Origin: Candidatus Peribacteria bacterium
Lineage (GTDB): Bacteria; Patescibacteriota; Gracilibacteria; Peribacterales; Peribacteraceae
Assembly (NCBI GenBank): GCA_041691135.1
Contig: JBEPVF010000001.1
Span: 96,001-160,000, forward strand
Direction of reading: 5' to 3'
DNA: 64,000 bases
Within the stretch, counting starts at the first letter, position 1. Every line of letters starts with the position of its first letter. This document shows, in pieces, positions 53,998 through 64,000 of the stretch. A program made the translations under genes and the position numbers. The notes beneath the pieces are model-generated. The model ran no database searches. It was not told the origin of the DNA and saw only the letters and a list, made by a program, of their open reading frames with translations.

Positions 53998-54873
53998 ATG
54001 TCACCCGCAAGAAACACTCTCGGCGAAGATCTGGCCACCATGCTGAAAGGTGGAGTGATCATGGATGTCGTGACGCCCGAGCAGGCAAAGATTGCGGAAG
54101 CTGCTGGTGCGTGTGCAGTCATGGCCCTGGAACGAGTTCCGTCAGACATTCGTCGCGATGGCGGCGTGGCGCGGATGAGTGATCCGAAAATGATCCGCGA
54201 AATAAAGGAGGCGGTCTCCATTCCGGTGATGGCCAAAGTGCGCATCGGTCACACGAGCGAGGCAAGAATTCTCGAAGCGCTCGAGATCGACTTCATCGAT
54301 GAGTCGGAAGTTCTCACTCCCGCTGATCCGTTTGATCATATCGATAAGTCACAATTTAAAATTCCATTTGTCTGCGGCGCAACTAATCTCGGTGAAGCGC
54401 TGCGTCGTATACAAGAAGGGGCAGCGATGATCCGTACGAAAGGCGAAGCGGGAACCGGCAACGTGATCGAAGCCGTGCGTCATATCAAATCGATTAAGAA
54501 AGAGATCGATGCACTTCACGCGATGGACAGTGCGGCGCTGGCCCACTACAGCGACCAAGTACGCGTGGACATAGAATTGGTCAAACAAGTGCGTGGTGCG
54601 AAGCGCTTGCCTGTTGTCACCTTCGTCGCGGGCGGAGTTGCGACACCTGCTGACGCTGCCTTGCTGATGGAGCTCGGCGCGGAAGGTGTGTTCGTTGGTT
54701 CAGGAATCTTTAAATCGGAAAATCCTCAGCGCACTGCTGAAGCGATTGTCCAAGCCGTCGTTCACTATAAGGATGCGAAGAAACTCCTCGAAATTTCAAC
54801 CGGACTTCCGAAAGCCATGGATGGTCTCGAGATCGATCGTTTGGATGTGAGGATGCAGGGCAGGGGATTATAA
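53998..54873 (+). CDS. pdxS: Pyridoxal 5'-phosphate synthase lyase subunit
   Basis: [51 protein letters not shown]. Confidence 0.97.
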   Translation: MSPARNTLGEDLATMLKGGVIMDVVTPEQAKIAEAAGACAVMALERVPSDIRRDGGVARMSDPKMIREIKEAVSIPVMAKVRIGHTSEARILEALEIDFIDESEVLTPADPFDHIDKSQFKIPFVCGATNLGEALRRIQEGAAMIRTKGEAGTGNVIEAVRHIKSIKKEIDALHAMDSAALAHYSDQVRVDIELVKQVRGAKRLPVVTFVAGGVATPADAALLMELGAEGVFVGSGIFKSENPQRTAEAIVQAVVHYKDAKKLLEISTGLPKAMDGLEIDRLDVRMQGRGL

Positions 54874-54909
54874 GGTTGATTGGCATTGTTGATCCCGTAG
54901 AGTAGTCGC

Positions 54910-55473
54910 ATGAATGTTGGCGTTCTCGCATTTCAGGGAGATTTCGCAGAGCACGTGGCTGTGCTCAAAGTTTTGAAGATTGATCACTGCGAGGTGCGCA
55001 GCGTTGATGATCTTCGCGCATGCACACATCTCATCATCCCCGGCGGCGAGAGCACGGTGATGAGTCGTTTTTTGAAGATGACCAATGTCGGTGAAGAGAT
55101 ACAGAAGCGCGTCAGTGACGGATCACTAGCGGTGTACGGAACCTGTGCCGGCGCGATTCTTTTGGCGAAGAATGTTACGGGGAAAAATACACCCGAGACA
55201 CTCGGTCTCATCGACATCACAATCGAACGGAATGCGTACGGATCACAAATTCAAAGCTTCGATACATCACTCACAATAAAAGGAATTGATGGAGCGGTAC
55301 AAGCTGCCTTCATCCGAGCCCCGATCATTACAAAAATAGGAAAAGATGTGGAAGTTCTATCGACATATGAGGACAAGCCAGTGTTAGTGCGGCAAGGAAA
55401 TATATGGGCTGGAACATTTCACCCGGAAGCAAGAGACGAAAAACAGATTCATGAATTATTCCTTACAAAATAG
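54910..55473 (+). CDS. pdxT: Pyridoxal 5'-phosphate synthase glutaminase subunit
   Basis: QGDF.EH, PGGEST, GTCAG, RNAYG.Q, FIRAP, FHPE. Confidence 0.97.
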   Translation: MNVGVLAFQGDFAEHVAVLKVLKIDHCEVRSVDDLRACTHLIIPGGESTVMSRFLKMTNVGEEIQKRVSDGSLAVYGTCAGAILLAKNVTGKNTPETLGLIDITIERNAYGSQIQSFDTSLTIKGIDGAVQAAFIRAPIITKIGKDVEVLSTYEDKPVLVRQGNIWAGTFHPEARDEKQIHELFLTK

Positions 55474-55618
55474 CCCCCTTACCCTCCATGCGATACGCAT
55501 GAAGAATGTAAGGGGGCTTAGCCTCCCTCGAGAGACAGGAAGCAGTTCCGTTTCACCACAAGGTGAAGTATCGATATGGCAGAACCGGTTCCTTTAGTCT
55601 CAGCGAAACGAAGCCATT
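55467..55618 (-). ncRNA. Candidate structured small RNA (unassigned)
   Basis: TTGACT-N16-TATTCT; ~96-nt irregular hairpin; closing hairpin AGCCCCCTTAC..GTAAGGGGGCT-ATTTT. Confidence 0.45.
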
Positions 55619-55822
55619 GCATGAAGAATAGGAAATGATGGATGGCAGTCAACAAATTCGCCGTTTTTTTCATTAGTTGCCATGCTATAGAAATAGAATA
55701 TTAAGTAATTTTTCTCACAAAAGTCCTTTGCTGCAACGAAGAATTTCGAATCCAGAAGCCCTTAGATACGATCAGGCAGTCATAAATTTGATAACTGGAG
55801 CATTCCTCCTATACTGCATTCC

Positions 55823-56227
55823 ATGAGTAACGCCTATCTCTACCCGTCGGAACGCACGGCAGTCGATACACTTGGGCAGGACCTGACGAACGGATTGACT
55901 GCGCAGGACGAAACGTTGGAATGTTTTGAATCGGCACGCCAGATTAAGATGCGCTGCTCGATGGCCGACTTCGACGTATATCCCAAGCTGAAAGAGGTCG
56001 CCCAGAAGGTGATTGACGGCCAAGGGCCGGATAACTTAACAATCGACGACATGCCGACCGAGGCTCAACAGGAACTTTTCTTCATGATCGGCGCGCGTGG
56101 CGTGAATGCCATCATACAGACGCTATTACCAGAAATTCATTCGGCTGATGACGTAGAAGCATTCGCCTCACTCAGTCGCATGCGCCATCGCCTGCTCGAG
56201 ATCAATTCCTCTTCCGTTCACCATTGA
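55823..56227 (+). CDS. Hypothetical protein
   Basis: TATACT 7 nt before the ATG; first gene of a three-gene run. Confidence 0.65.
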   Translation: MSNAYLYPSERTAVDTLGQDLTNGLTAQDETLECFESARQIKMRCSMADFDVYPKLKEVAQKVIDGQGPDNLTIDDMPTEAQQELFFMIGARGVNAIIQTLLPEIHSADDVEAFASLSRMRHRLLEINSSSVHH

Positions 56228-56229
56228 TT

Positions 56230-56883
56230 ATGGCAAACCCCATGACCGACGCACCGGAAAATGCGAATCTGAAGTTTGAGAGAACTCCGGATCAGCTTCG
56301 CGATCTTATGGAACAACTGGAGCGTCGTGGTTATAACCTTGAACGTTTGGATCAGAAGGTGAGGACCGCCGATGAGAAGCAGGCATTGATTCGCAATCTG
56401 AAAGAAATCGACCCGACTGTAAATGGTAATGCGGAAAATCTTGCTGAGGAGCTTGGACTCTATCGCCAGGAAACGATGGCCAAGAAGGAGTGGAGTACAT
56501 GGGATTATGTAAAGGAGATGCCAAAAAAGGCTTGGAATACGATGAAGGCCCATCCGTACATCACCGCCGGTATCGTCCTTGCATTGCTCGGAGTCACTGC
56601 TTACGCCACTGGCTATGTGGACGGTAATACGTTTAATAATGTACGAATGTGGGTAATGAAGCAGGTTGCAGGTAGTCAGATGGCTGGTGCCGCTGAAGCT
56701 GTAAAAGGAGCGGCGGCGAATGCCGGGGAAATGGCTGGTCAAGTCGCCGAGAAGGCAGGTGCCGCAGCCTCGGCAGCAGGTGATGCTCTTCCAACGATCG
56801 CTGTTCCGAATGTTCCCACTGCCATGCCGCCTAGCGTGGATGACGCAATGAAGATACTGGATGCACTGGGGAAGGGAGGCTAA
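56230..56883 (+). CDS. Hypothetical single-TM protein with Ala-rich tail
   Basis: Coiled coil, then TM (ITAGIVLALLGVTAYA), then Ala/Gly repeats. Confidence 0.7.
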   Translation: MANPMTDAPENANLKFERTPDQLRDLMEQLERRGYNLERLDQKVRTADEKQALIRNLKEIDPTVNGNAENLAEELGLYRQETMAKKEWSTWDYVKEMPKKAWNTMKAHPYITAGIVLALLGVTAYATGYVDGNTFNNVRMWVMKQVAGSQMAGAAEAVKGAAANAGEMAGQVAEKAGAAASAAGDALPTIAVPNVPTAMPPSVDDAMKILDALGKGG

Positions 56884-56892
56884 TATAGGTTC

Positions 56893-59800
56893 ATGGTCGA
56901 GCAAATTGAGAATCGGCGTCCTCAAGCTGAGGAGATTCCAGAGTATTTGGAACAAACAAATGCCGAGGAATTAAGAAAGGCGTTAGACGTGAAAGACAGC
57001 GCTATGGGTTGGAATACAATACTGCAGGAAGTGAACAGAAGGTCCGATGTTGCCGAGGCATCACCGCTTAAAAATCGTCTTACAGTTCTAGGTCTTCAAA
57101 AAAAACGAAGCGACGTAGAACAAAAACGTCAGGATGTTTCATTTGCATTGCTCGCGACGCTTAAATTGGTGAAAGCAGGCATGCCGGTGATGTTACACCG
57201 AGAACTTGTTTTTCGAAGCCTGGCCCGCTATTTGGATGAGAAGCAAACGTACGAAAAAATATGGAAGGGCGAAGTGCCGGGCGAGATTAATTTGCCCGAA
57301 TATTTGACGCCGTACATTCGGTCAAAAGAATCCGGGCACATGCTGATTCGCGCGACTGAAATTATTCTTCCAACGCAGTATGACGTTCAAGAAAAAGCAA
57401 AGCTCAACAGCACTCCCCGTCAACTTTCTTCCCTGTCGAACGTTCTCCTTTTGGGAGCAGTGAACAGGCGTGTGAGCTTGCGTTATGTTTTAGCATGTGT
57501 GCCGAATGGAACTTTAAGCAATGATATTGAGCCTTACCGAGCGTTTTTGGCAGTTTCTGGCTTTCAGACGAATGAAGGACAAGATATTTCACCACAGGAA
57601 TTGGAAGCCACAAAGTTTGCTGTCGCGTATATCGCAAAATACCTTGATGCGGTGCAGACAACAGCAAAATTGAAAGGAACAAAAGTAGAAGATATGACCG
57701 TAACCGATGCGATTGAGGCATCGTTGAGCGCACACCCGTTGGCAGAAATGACAAAGGAAATCATGAGTCATGTGTCCGAGATCAGTTTGTGGAGTGTTCC
57801 AGACCTGCGCGAAGCGGCCAAGAAAGCATTGGAAAACAAAAATCTTTATCCAGACCAATTGGTGCAGGCAGCACTTGCGCCACTTGGAAATTTGCCAGAA
57901 GCGGCTAACCCAACCGACCGTGCAGAATTTGAAGCCAATGCTTCGGCGGTCGGCAAATTTTTTATGGGTTTCGATGCAGAGCGATTCGCGGTCAAGCATG
58001 TGGAGGAACAAATCAAGCCGTACAATGAAAAACAAAAAGCGATGATTCGTTCGTTGTGCGAACAAGTAAAAAGCGAAAAGGTAACTAATCAAATACTGCG
58101 TTCGTTGTTTGTACCTGAGCAAGAAAAGGATAGGAAGCAACTAGATAAAGACGCAACAGCACAGTTGCAAGCACTTATTCAGAATGGAGAACTCACTCTG
58201 AAGGAGACCTTTCAACTCTATTACTTATCGAACTCAAAAAGCGGAGCCGGCCTGCCCTTGGCCTATTCGGCAATACAGATTCTGGATAAACATGGACAAT
58301 CAACTTTGTCATTCGATTTGCAAGCCCGATCGCTACGTTCGCTAGCAGGATTAACACTAACTGGAGTGAGCAACCTCCCAAAAAAGCTTGAGAGCTTTGG
58401 CTTCGATGAGTCACAGGCAGTGGAATTCCGGAACGGAATACTTGCCCTTAAAGAGTCAGGTTTTGAGCATGGGGCGAATGCACTTCTTAAATTATGGTCA
58501 CTCCTTAAAAACCACTGGGATATTTTGGCTGCGGCAGGGATTATTCCGGCAGGTATTAGTGCATGGCAGCTGAAAGTCTTCATCGACGGCAAGCGCTTCA
58601 GAAAATTTGCTTTTGGTGGCACTGAACAAGTACGACAAGAATTTAAACTTCAGGGAGTGACTGACGATCAGATTCGTATTTTACAGAAGGAAATGCAAGA
58701 AATTTTGGCGGAGCGCGATTTATTGTGGAAGTTTAATTTTCCAGAGCGCTTTGGGTTAACGGGTCAAGCACATACGACTTTAAAGGCGGCAAGCCAGGAT
58801 GTGGAAGGGATGGCTAAGATGCTCCACAAACGTTATGGCACTGCCTTTGATGTCGCGCAAAAAATGCGTGAGGCAAATATCACTGACGATGAAATTCGTC
58901 ACTCTCTTAAAGGACTTGGATATGACGAACTGAAAGCGGACGAAGCTATCGAAAGAATTGGAAAAAATACTCGAGCTGAGCTTGCTGGCTTGCGTAGCAA
59001 TATTGAGAATTTGAATGTTAAACGTTTTGAGGATATGGCTGACCAACTTAACAAACGCCTCGATGCAATTGAAGCACCGGACGGACCAAAAGGTCCTAAA
59101 TTGGCTGAAGCACGAGCAAAAATAGTTGAAGATGTAAGGGTTTTCCAAAGGGAATTAAATGATCTTAGCCGAGTACAAGGCAACGAAGAAGTACGCAAAG
59201 CAGTTATTCGCCGATTATTCCCGGATATAACTGAAGCAAATATGAAGACAATCTTGAGGGCTCATACAACAGACGGGTTGCAGTTCAAGCTTGATCTCCT
59301 TAAAAGGCACTTGAGTCCTCAGCGGGCAAGAAGATTAATACGATTGGGCATTGCAGGTGAAACTCCGAGTGCAGAGGTTGTAAAACAAGCAAGTCGCGGT
59401 TTGCGTTGGGGACACATCACCAATGGAGGATTCGCAGTTTTGGATGCAGTGTTTGTTTCCGATGATCTCTATAAATATGGAGAAGAAATAGACAATGATC
59501 AGCGCATTCGTGAAAGTCTGCATCGTACATTGACTGAACATGGCTTCACATTTGATGCAAAGAAAGATGCATTTGTAAAAGGCCCGATCGTTCTACAGGT
59601 AGAAAAAGATGTTTTGAATAAATTGTCAGCCAAAAAAGATATTGCCGCTGGGCGGGTAGCTATAGATGTCGCAGCAGGTGCAGGAAGTCTGTCGCTGCTT
59701 TTGGTTGAGTCAGGCGTCGCCGCTCCTCTTGGCGCTCTATTGGCTGCAGGAGTCCTTACCGTTCATGTCTACTTGGATAAGAAAGAGCGTGCAGTTGCCT

Positions 59801-60807
59801 ACAAATTCATTCAGGAATCAGAACCATGGCTGCTTGCATACATGGGAACCGGTGCGACTGTCGGATCAGATGAATACGATCTGCTTCGCAAGGGAACATT
59901 TGAGAATGAACAGCCACTCGAAGTTCGTAAGCGGTCACTTTTTGCGCTATTCATGCAACGTGTATCTAACAAAGAATTGAATCAGGAATTAACCCAGAAT
60001 AATCTTTCGCCCGAAACATTGAACCAATTTTACGAAGAAGATTTTCAGAAAATGGTTCTGCCGTTCTTCTCCGCCGCCCTCTTTGCAAACTTACAACAAT
60101 ATACAAGCGAACCGACTCTGATGAATGTGACTTGGCAGCAAGTTCGTGATTTGAATATTCAAAACAATTGGCTACAAGTGCCCGATGCAATGCCACACGA
60201 AGTCGAAACTGCCCTCGATCAATCTGCAGTGTTTTACGTACAACATTTGCGCGAGCAGCGTTATCTTCAGGGGCGTGAACTTATGGCTCAGGCTGTGCAT
60301 GATGGCGACCGAGAACTAGCAAAAGACCTGGACAAAGCAATGCAAGAGGCCGGTAGTAAACGTGTATTTGGCACAACACTCTATTCGGTCGACAGTGAAT
60401 TGCAGGAAAATCAGAGACTCATGAAAGAGCAGGGTCGTATGCGGCAAGGCGAGCCATCCCAAACACGCGCGCAAATTATTCTGCAGAAGCTATTGAGTCA
60501 ATTTGATGCGCCCGTAGATCGTTCTGGTAATAAGCGAACTTCTCATTCCTTGAGTTCCATGCTTCACGAACCTGATGCATTCGCTGTTCGTTTGGAAGCG
60601 GACAGTAAGTGGTGGGCAGGGGATCACTTTGTACCATCTGCCGGCTTTGACTTAAAAAACCTGTCTACGACGCTTGAGAAGCAGGAAAATGTTGATTTAT
60701 TTGGTGAGAGCGTCATTAAAGAGGATACGCGTACAAAAGAGCGCCGGAAGGAAACAGGGAAAAGTGGGTCAATTCTGGAACTGATTGAGGGCAGAAAAGC
60801 CGCTTAG
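56893..60807 (+). CDS. Large helical hypothetical protein (1304 aa) with hydrophobic segments
   Basis: Long ORF, more AT-rich than neighbours; no family recognised. Confidence 0.8.
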   Translation: MVEQIENRRPQAEEIPEYLEQTNAEELRKALDVKDSAMGWNTILQEVNRRSDVAEASPLKNRLTVLGLQKKRSDVEQKRQDVSFALLATLKLVKAGMPVMLHRELVFRSLARYLDEKQTYEKIWKGEVPGEINLPEYLTPYIRSKESGHMLIRATEIILPTQYDVQEKAKLNSTPRQLSSLSNVLLLGAVNRRVSLRYVLACVPNGTLSNDIEPYRAFLAVSGFQTNEGQDISPQELEATKFAVAYIAKYLDAVQTTAKLKGTKVEDMTVTDAIEASLSAHPLAEMTKEIMSHVSEISLWSVPDLREAAKKALENKNLYPDQLVQAALAPLGNLPEAANPTDRAEFEANASAVGKFFMGFDAERFAVKHVEEQIKPYNEKQKAMIRSLCEQVKSEKVTNQILRSLFVPEQEKDRKQLDKDATAQLQALIQNGELTLKETFQLYYLSNSKSGAGLPLAYSAIQILDKHGQSTLSFDLQARSLRSLAGLTLTGVSNLPKKLESFGFDESQAVEFRNGILALKESGFEHGANALLKLWSLLKNHWDILAAAGIIPAGISAWQLKVFIDGKRFRKFAFGGTEQVRQEFKLQGVTDDQIRILQKEMQEILAERDLLWKFNFPERFGLTGQAHTTLKAASQDVEGMAKMLHKRYGTAFDVAQKMREANITDDEIRHSLKGLGYDELKADEAIERIGKNTRAELAGLRSNIENLNVKRFEDMADQLNKRLDAIEAPDGPKGPKLAEARAKIVEDVRVFQRELNDLSRVQGNEEVRKAVIRRLFPDITEANMKTILRAHTTDGLQFKLDLLKRHLSPQRARRLIRLGIAGETPSAEVVKQASRGLRWGHITNGGFAVLDAVFVSDDLYKYGEEIDNDQRIRESLHRTLTEHGFTFDAKKDAFVKGPIVLQVEKDVLNKLSAKKDIAAGRVAIDVAAGAGSLSLLLVESGVAAPLGALLAAGVLTVHVYLDKKERAVAYKFIQESEPWLLAYMGTGATVGSDEYDLLRKGTFENEQPLEVRKRSLFALFMQRVSNKELNQELTQNNLSPETLNQFYEEDFQKMVLPFFSAALFANLQQYTSEPTLMNVTWQQVRDLNIQNNWLQVPDAMPHEVETALDQSAVFYVQHLREQRYLQGRELMAQAVHDGDRELAKDLDKAMQEAGSKRVFGTTLYSVDSELQENQRLMKEQGRMRQGEPSQTRAQIILQKLLSQFDAPVDRSGNKRTSHSLSSMLHEPDAFAVRLEADSKWWAGDHFVPSAGFDLKNLSTTLEKQENVDLFGESVIKEDTRTKERRKETGKSGSILELIEGRKAA

Positions 60808-60865
60808 TCTAGTGATTTAGACACAATCGAGCTATAGTGGCGACCTGAGAACTCGACTTTTTATT

Positions 60866-62680
60866 ATGAACATCCGCAACTTCTGCATCATCGCGCACAT
60901 TGACCACGGCAAATCCACCCTGGCCGACCGCATGATCGAATTCACTGGCACACTACAGAAGCGCGAGATGAAGGAGCAATTGCTCGACATGATGGATTTG
61001 GAGCGCGAACGCGGCATCACCATCAAGCTGCAACCGGTGCGCATGAATTACAAAAACTATCAGCTGAACCTGATCGATACGCCGGGACACACTGACTTCC
61101 GGTACGAAGTGAGCCGTTCGTTGGCCGCCTGCGAAGGCGCGATTTTACTGATCGACGCGTCACAGGGAATCCAGGCACAAACATTGGCAGTGCTCTACAT
61201 GGCGATGGAACATGATCTGGCCATCATCCCGGTCCTCAACAAGATTGATCTACCAGCTGCCGATCCCGACCGCGTGAGCGAAGAAGTGATGAAGTTACTA
61301 GGTTGTAAGAAAGAAGAAATTCTCCTCATCTCCGCCAAGGAGGGCAGGGGAGTGAGCGATGTTCTCGATGCCGTGATCGAACGCGTCTCAGCGCCAAGGG
61401 AGTCGGAACAGACCGGAGCAGCGCGCGCGCTTATTTTTGATGCCATCATGGACACCTATCGCGGCGGAGTTGCCTATGTGCGTGTGATCGAAGGCAGTTT
61501 TAAGAAGGGTCAAAAGGTAAATCTGCTCGGTACACAGACGCTATTCGAAGTGCAGGACGTGGGATTCTTTTCGCCGAAGTATATTTCCGATGCGGAACTG
61601 AAAGAAGGCGAAATCGGTTATATTGTCACGGGTCTGAAAGATGTCCGCGAAGTCCGGGTGGGCGATACGATTGCCTCGTCACCGACGGCAAAAATGCTGC
61701 CCGGCTACAAAGAAGTATTGCCAATGGTGTTCGCCGGATTATATCCATCCGAAGCCGATAACTACGCTGATTTGCGCGAAGCGCTCGAAAAACTATCACT
61801 CAACGATGCAGCTCTGCGCATGGAACCGGAACATAATTCCGCGTTGGGGAATGGCTTCCGTTGCGGATTTTTAGGCCTTCTGCATCTCGATATTATTCAA
61901 GAACGCTTGGAACGTGAATACAACTGCGATCTCGTGATTACGGCGCCCAGCGTGTTATATGAGGTAAAAGTCACAGCCGCCAAAATCGATGCCGTTGTAC
62001 GCAAAAGTCTGCTGAAGGAAGACGAGCCGAATGTTGCGCGCATTTCGAATCCGTCCGATCTTCCCGACCCGACGTATATCGACGAAATACGCGAACCGTG
62101 GGTGCGTCTCGAAATCGTGTGTCGCAAGCAGGATGTAGGAGTCTGTATGTCGATGGTCCAAGAACGTCGCGGTGATTATCAAGCCCTTGAATATCTGGAC
62201 GCCGATCGCGCACTGATGCACTTCGAGGTTCCGCTCCAGGCAATCGTGCTCGACTTCTTCGATACGCTTAAGTCCGCCACGTCCGGTTACGCATCCATGA
62301 GCTACGAGCCGCTCGGCTATCGGGCAGGAGACTTGGTGAAGCTCAGCATCCTGTTGCTGGGTGAACCGGCCGAAGCGCTCAGTACTATCGTGCACCGATC
62401 CGAAGCGCAGCATGTAGGAGGCATTGTGTGTAAACAACTGAAGGAAGTGCTACCTAAAGCCCAATTTCAGATTCCCATCCAGGCCGCTATCGGCTCCAAA
62501 GTCGTCGCCCGCGAAACGGTCTCTGCTTTACGCAAAGATGTAACCGGCTATCTGTACGGTGGCGACGTATCACGCAAAAACAAACTGCTCGATAAGCAGA
62601 AGAAAGGCAAAAAGCGTATGAAGCAGATGGGGAAGGTGACGCTAAGCCAGGATGCGTTCCTAGCTGTCCTTAAGAGATAG
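60866..62680 (+). CDS. lepA: Elongation factor 4
   Basis: IAHIDHGKSTLADR, ERERGITIK, DTPGH, GFRCGFLGLLH, YGGD.SRK.KLL.KQK.GKKRMK. Confidence 0.98.
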   Translation: MNIRNFCIIAHIDHGKSTLADRMIEFTGTLQKREMKEQLLDMMDLERERGITIKLQPVRMNYKNYQLNLIDTPGHTDFRYEVSRSLAACEGAILLIDASQGIQAQTLAVLYMAMEHDLAIIPVLNKIDLPAADPDRVSEEVMKLLGCKKEEILLISAKEGRGVSDVLDAVIERVSAPRESEQTGAARALIFDAIMDTYRGGVAYVRVIEGSFKKGQKVNLLGTQTLFEVQDVGFFSPKYISDAELKEGEIGYIVTGLKDVREVRVGDTIASSPTAKMLPGYKEVLPMVFAGLYPSEADNYADLREALEKLSLNDAALRMEPEHNSALGNGFRCGFLGLLHLDIIQERLEREYNCDLVITAPSVLYEVKVTAAKIDAVVRKSLLKEDEPNVARISNPSDLPDPTYIDEIREPWVRLEIVCRKQDVGVCMSMVQERRGDYQALEYLDADRALMHFEVPLQAIVLDFFDTLKSATSGYASMSYEPLGYRAGDLVKLSILLLGEPAEALSTIVHRSEAQHVGGIVCKQLKEVLPKAQFQIPIQAAIGSKVVARETVSALRKDVTGYLYGGDVSRKNKLLDKQKKGKKRMKQMGKVTLSQDAFLAVLKR

Positions 62681-63175
62681 CTACTGCTTATCAAAATGCA
62701 TTTCACCTCTGTGCGCCCATTTTGGTGGAAGTCCCTCTAAAAGAACACTGACTGCTTCCTGAATTTTCACTATTCGTTTGCTGCATATTTCTCGCAAACC
62801 CTTTAAAGACTCGTTTGTAAGATCTTTGGCTTCTTTTTCACTCAATTCGTTCATGCCGGAAACCAAATGAAACCTCCTCTTTTTTTCTAATATTTCACGT
62901 CTCAGGTTCTTAATATCATCAGACGCAAAAACTGCTTGCATCAGCCGGTATAAATTTGAATTTTTGTCCTGGGGAAGATCAAGGATTCGGTCCTTTCTAT
63001 CCTGAGTCAGCGCCATGCAGCCTTCTCGTGTCATTTTCAGAAATTGCTCAATTCTTCTCTGAACTTCAGATTCCATCAAAGCTTCAAATATTTCCCTATT
63101 CCCTTTTACTAGGAATCTGCGTAAAAAAATATTTGTGGCCGTTTCCTCTGTATGATGCTTTTCATTATTTGACAT
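62681..63175 (-). CDS. Hypothetical protein (AT-rich)
   Basis: 164-aa charged ORF. Confidence 0.5.
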   Translation of the reverse strand: MSNNEKHHTEETATNIFLRRFLVKGNREIFEALMESEVQRRIEQFLKMTREGCMALTQDRKDRILDLPQDKNSNLYRLMQAVFASDDIKNLRREILEKKRRFHLVSGMNELSEKEAKDLTNESLKGLREICSKRIVKIQEAVSVLLEGLPPKWAHRGEMHFDKQ

Positions 63176-63266
63176 ACTGATAAAATAGCACTATTTACGG
63201 ATTACGGTAAATACTATCTGCCTATTTTCTCTACCAGTTACAATTATGGCACAGATGCTAAGCCTA

Positions 63267-63968
63267 TTATTCATCATCCGGATCCTCTTTTTTAGGTTTT
63301 TGGAGTAATGTCCGATCCATCGCATCGAGGAACGGCTCGAAGATCGATTGCAAAATACTTGCCGTGAACACATGCAAATTCTCGAACGGAATTTCTTTGT
63401 TTCCTCCTTGTGAGGACTGGAAGAAATCCTGCAGCACAAACGTCGTGAGCTGAAGAACAGTTCCATCGATATTATGCTCATCCACCATCAGATGCAGCAA
63501 TACCTGCTGGGTTTCCAATGACAACACCATTTGCATTCGCGTGATCCATTCAATCAGGTGACGATTGGCCTCGGCTTCCAATTGAGTATTGGCAGCAACC
63601 TGCATATTTTCGCTGAGCGCTTCGGCGGATGTTTTTCCGCCCACCTCGGTCAGGTACTCCTGCACGACAGTCAGACATTCTTCGTTAATCAACGAGAGAA
63701 TCGCAAGAATGAATATCGAGGGACAATCACGTGCGACCAACCGTGAGATCAGTACAAAGAGATGCGTGTATTTTTCATCGCCCAAAAACTGGATGATCGT
63801 CCGGGCCACGCGGGTATCGCGGCGCTTGCTCTTCTTTTCCTCGCGCTTGGCAGCCTGCATGCCAGCGGCAGCCGCCGCAAATCGCTGCTTCGCTTGTTCA
63901 CTTAATTGCTCAGGGGCCGATGAACCGCCCTCTCCAGGTACGTAGGATTCGGAACCGAATTCGGACAT
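63267..63968 (-). CDS. Hypothetical protein
   Basis: 233-aa ORF; TACACT 6 nt before the ATG. Confidence 0.75.
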   Translation of the reverse strand: MSEFGSESYVPGEGGSSAPEQLSEQAKQRFAAAAAGMQAAKREEKKSKRRDTRVARTIIQFLGDEKYTHLFVLISRLVARDCPSIFILAILSLINEECLTVVQEYLTEVGGKTSAEALSENMQVAANTQLEAEANRHLIEWITRMQMVLSLETQQVLLHLMVDEHNIDGTVLQLTTFVLQDFFQSSQGGNKEIPFENLHVFTASILQSIFEPFLDAMDRTLLQKPKKEDPDDE

Positions 63969-64000
63969 GTGGATAGTGTAGCTGGATCAGGCGATGAAGA

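Noticed and set aside
1-64000. Alternative genetic code (TGA=Gly, as in Gracilibacteria/Absconditabacteria)
   Set aside because: Conserved genes are uninterrupted, and several end at TGA at the expected position (TPM protein, rsmH, priA, ECF sigma).

Overview
Gene-dense bacterial chromosomal segment read with the standard code (TGA is a stop). Its style strongly suggests a Patescibacteria/CPR organism, probably Peribacteria-like. That is an inference from the SLH, PKD, DUF11 and Cys-rich-repeat surface proteins with Ser-rich linkers, the N-terminally short MurE, and starts that mostly lack Shine-Dalgarno sites. Housekeeping genes include tsaD, lgt, rnhB, murE, rsmH, pyk, pyrH, frr, purQ, priA, pdxST and lepA. 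There is a pentose-phosphate cluster (tkt, tal, gnd, ROK kinase), five tRNAs and many surface or unknown proteins. No CRISPR array, reverse transcriptase, integrase or transposase is visible. The most interesting signals are non-coding and are missing from the ORF track. (1) Two attenuator-like leaders encode an Ile/Thr-rich and a Leu-rich peptide and lie in front of unknown genes. (2) Palindromic trailers start at tRNA CCA ends and can pair with them; two copies show a compensatory change, and one sits beside a stand-alone GIY-YIG nuclease. (3) A dispersed ~65-bp repeat lies upstream of both gnd and purQ. (4) There are two promoter/terminator-bounded structured RNA candidates and several small proteins. 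(5) A -10 box sits 6-8 nt before many start codons (leaderless pattern). Protein oddities include a probable PurQ-PurS-PurS fusion, an orphan HPr-like protein coupled to lgt, and a PriA lacking one Zn site.
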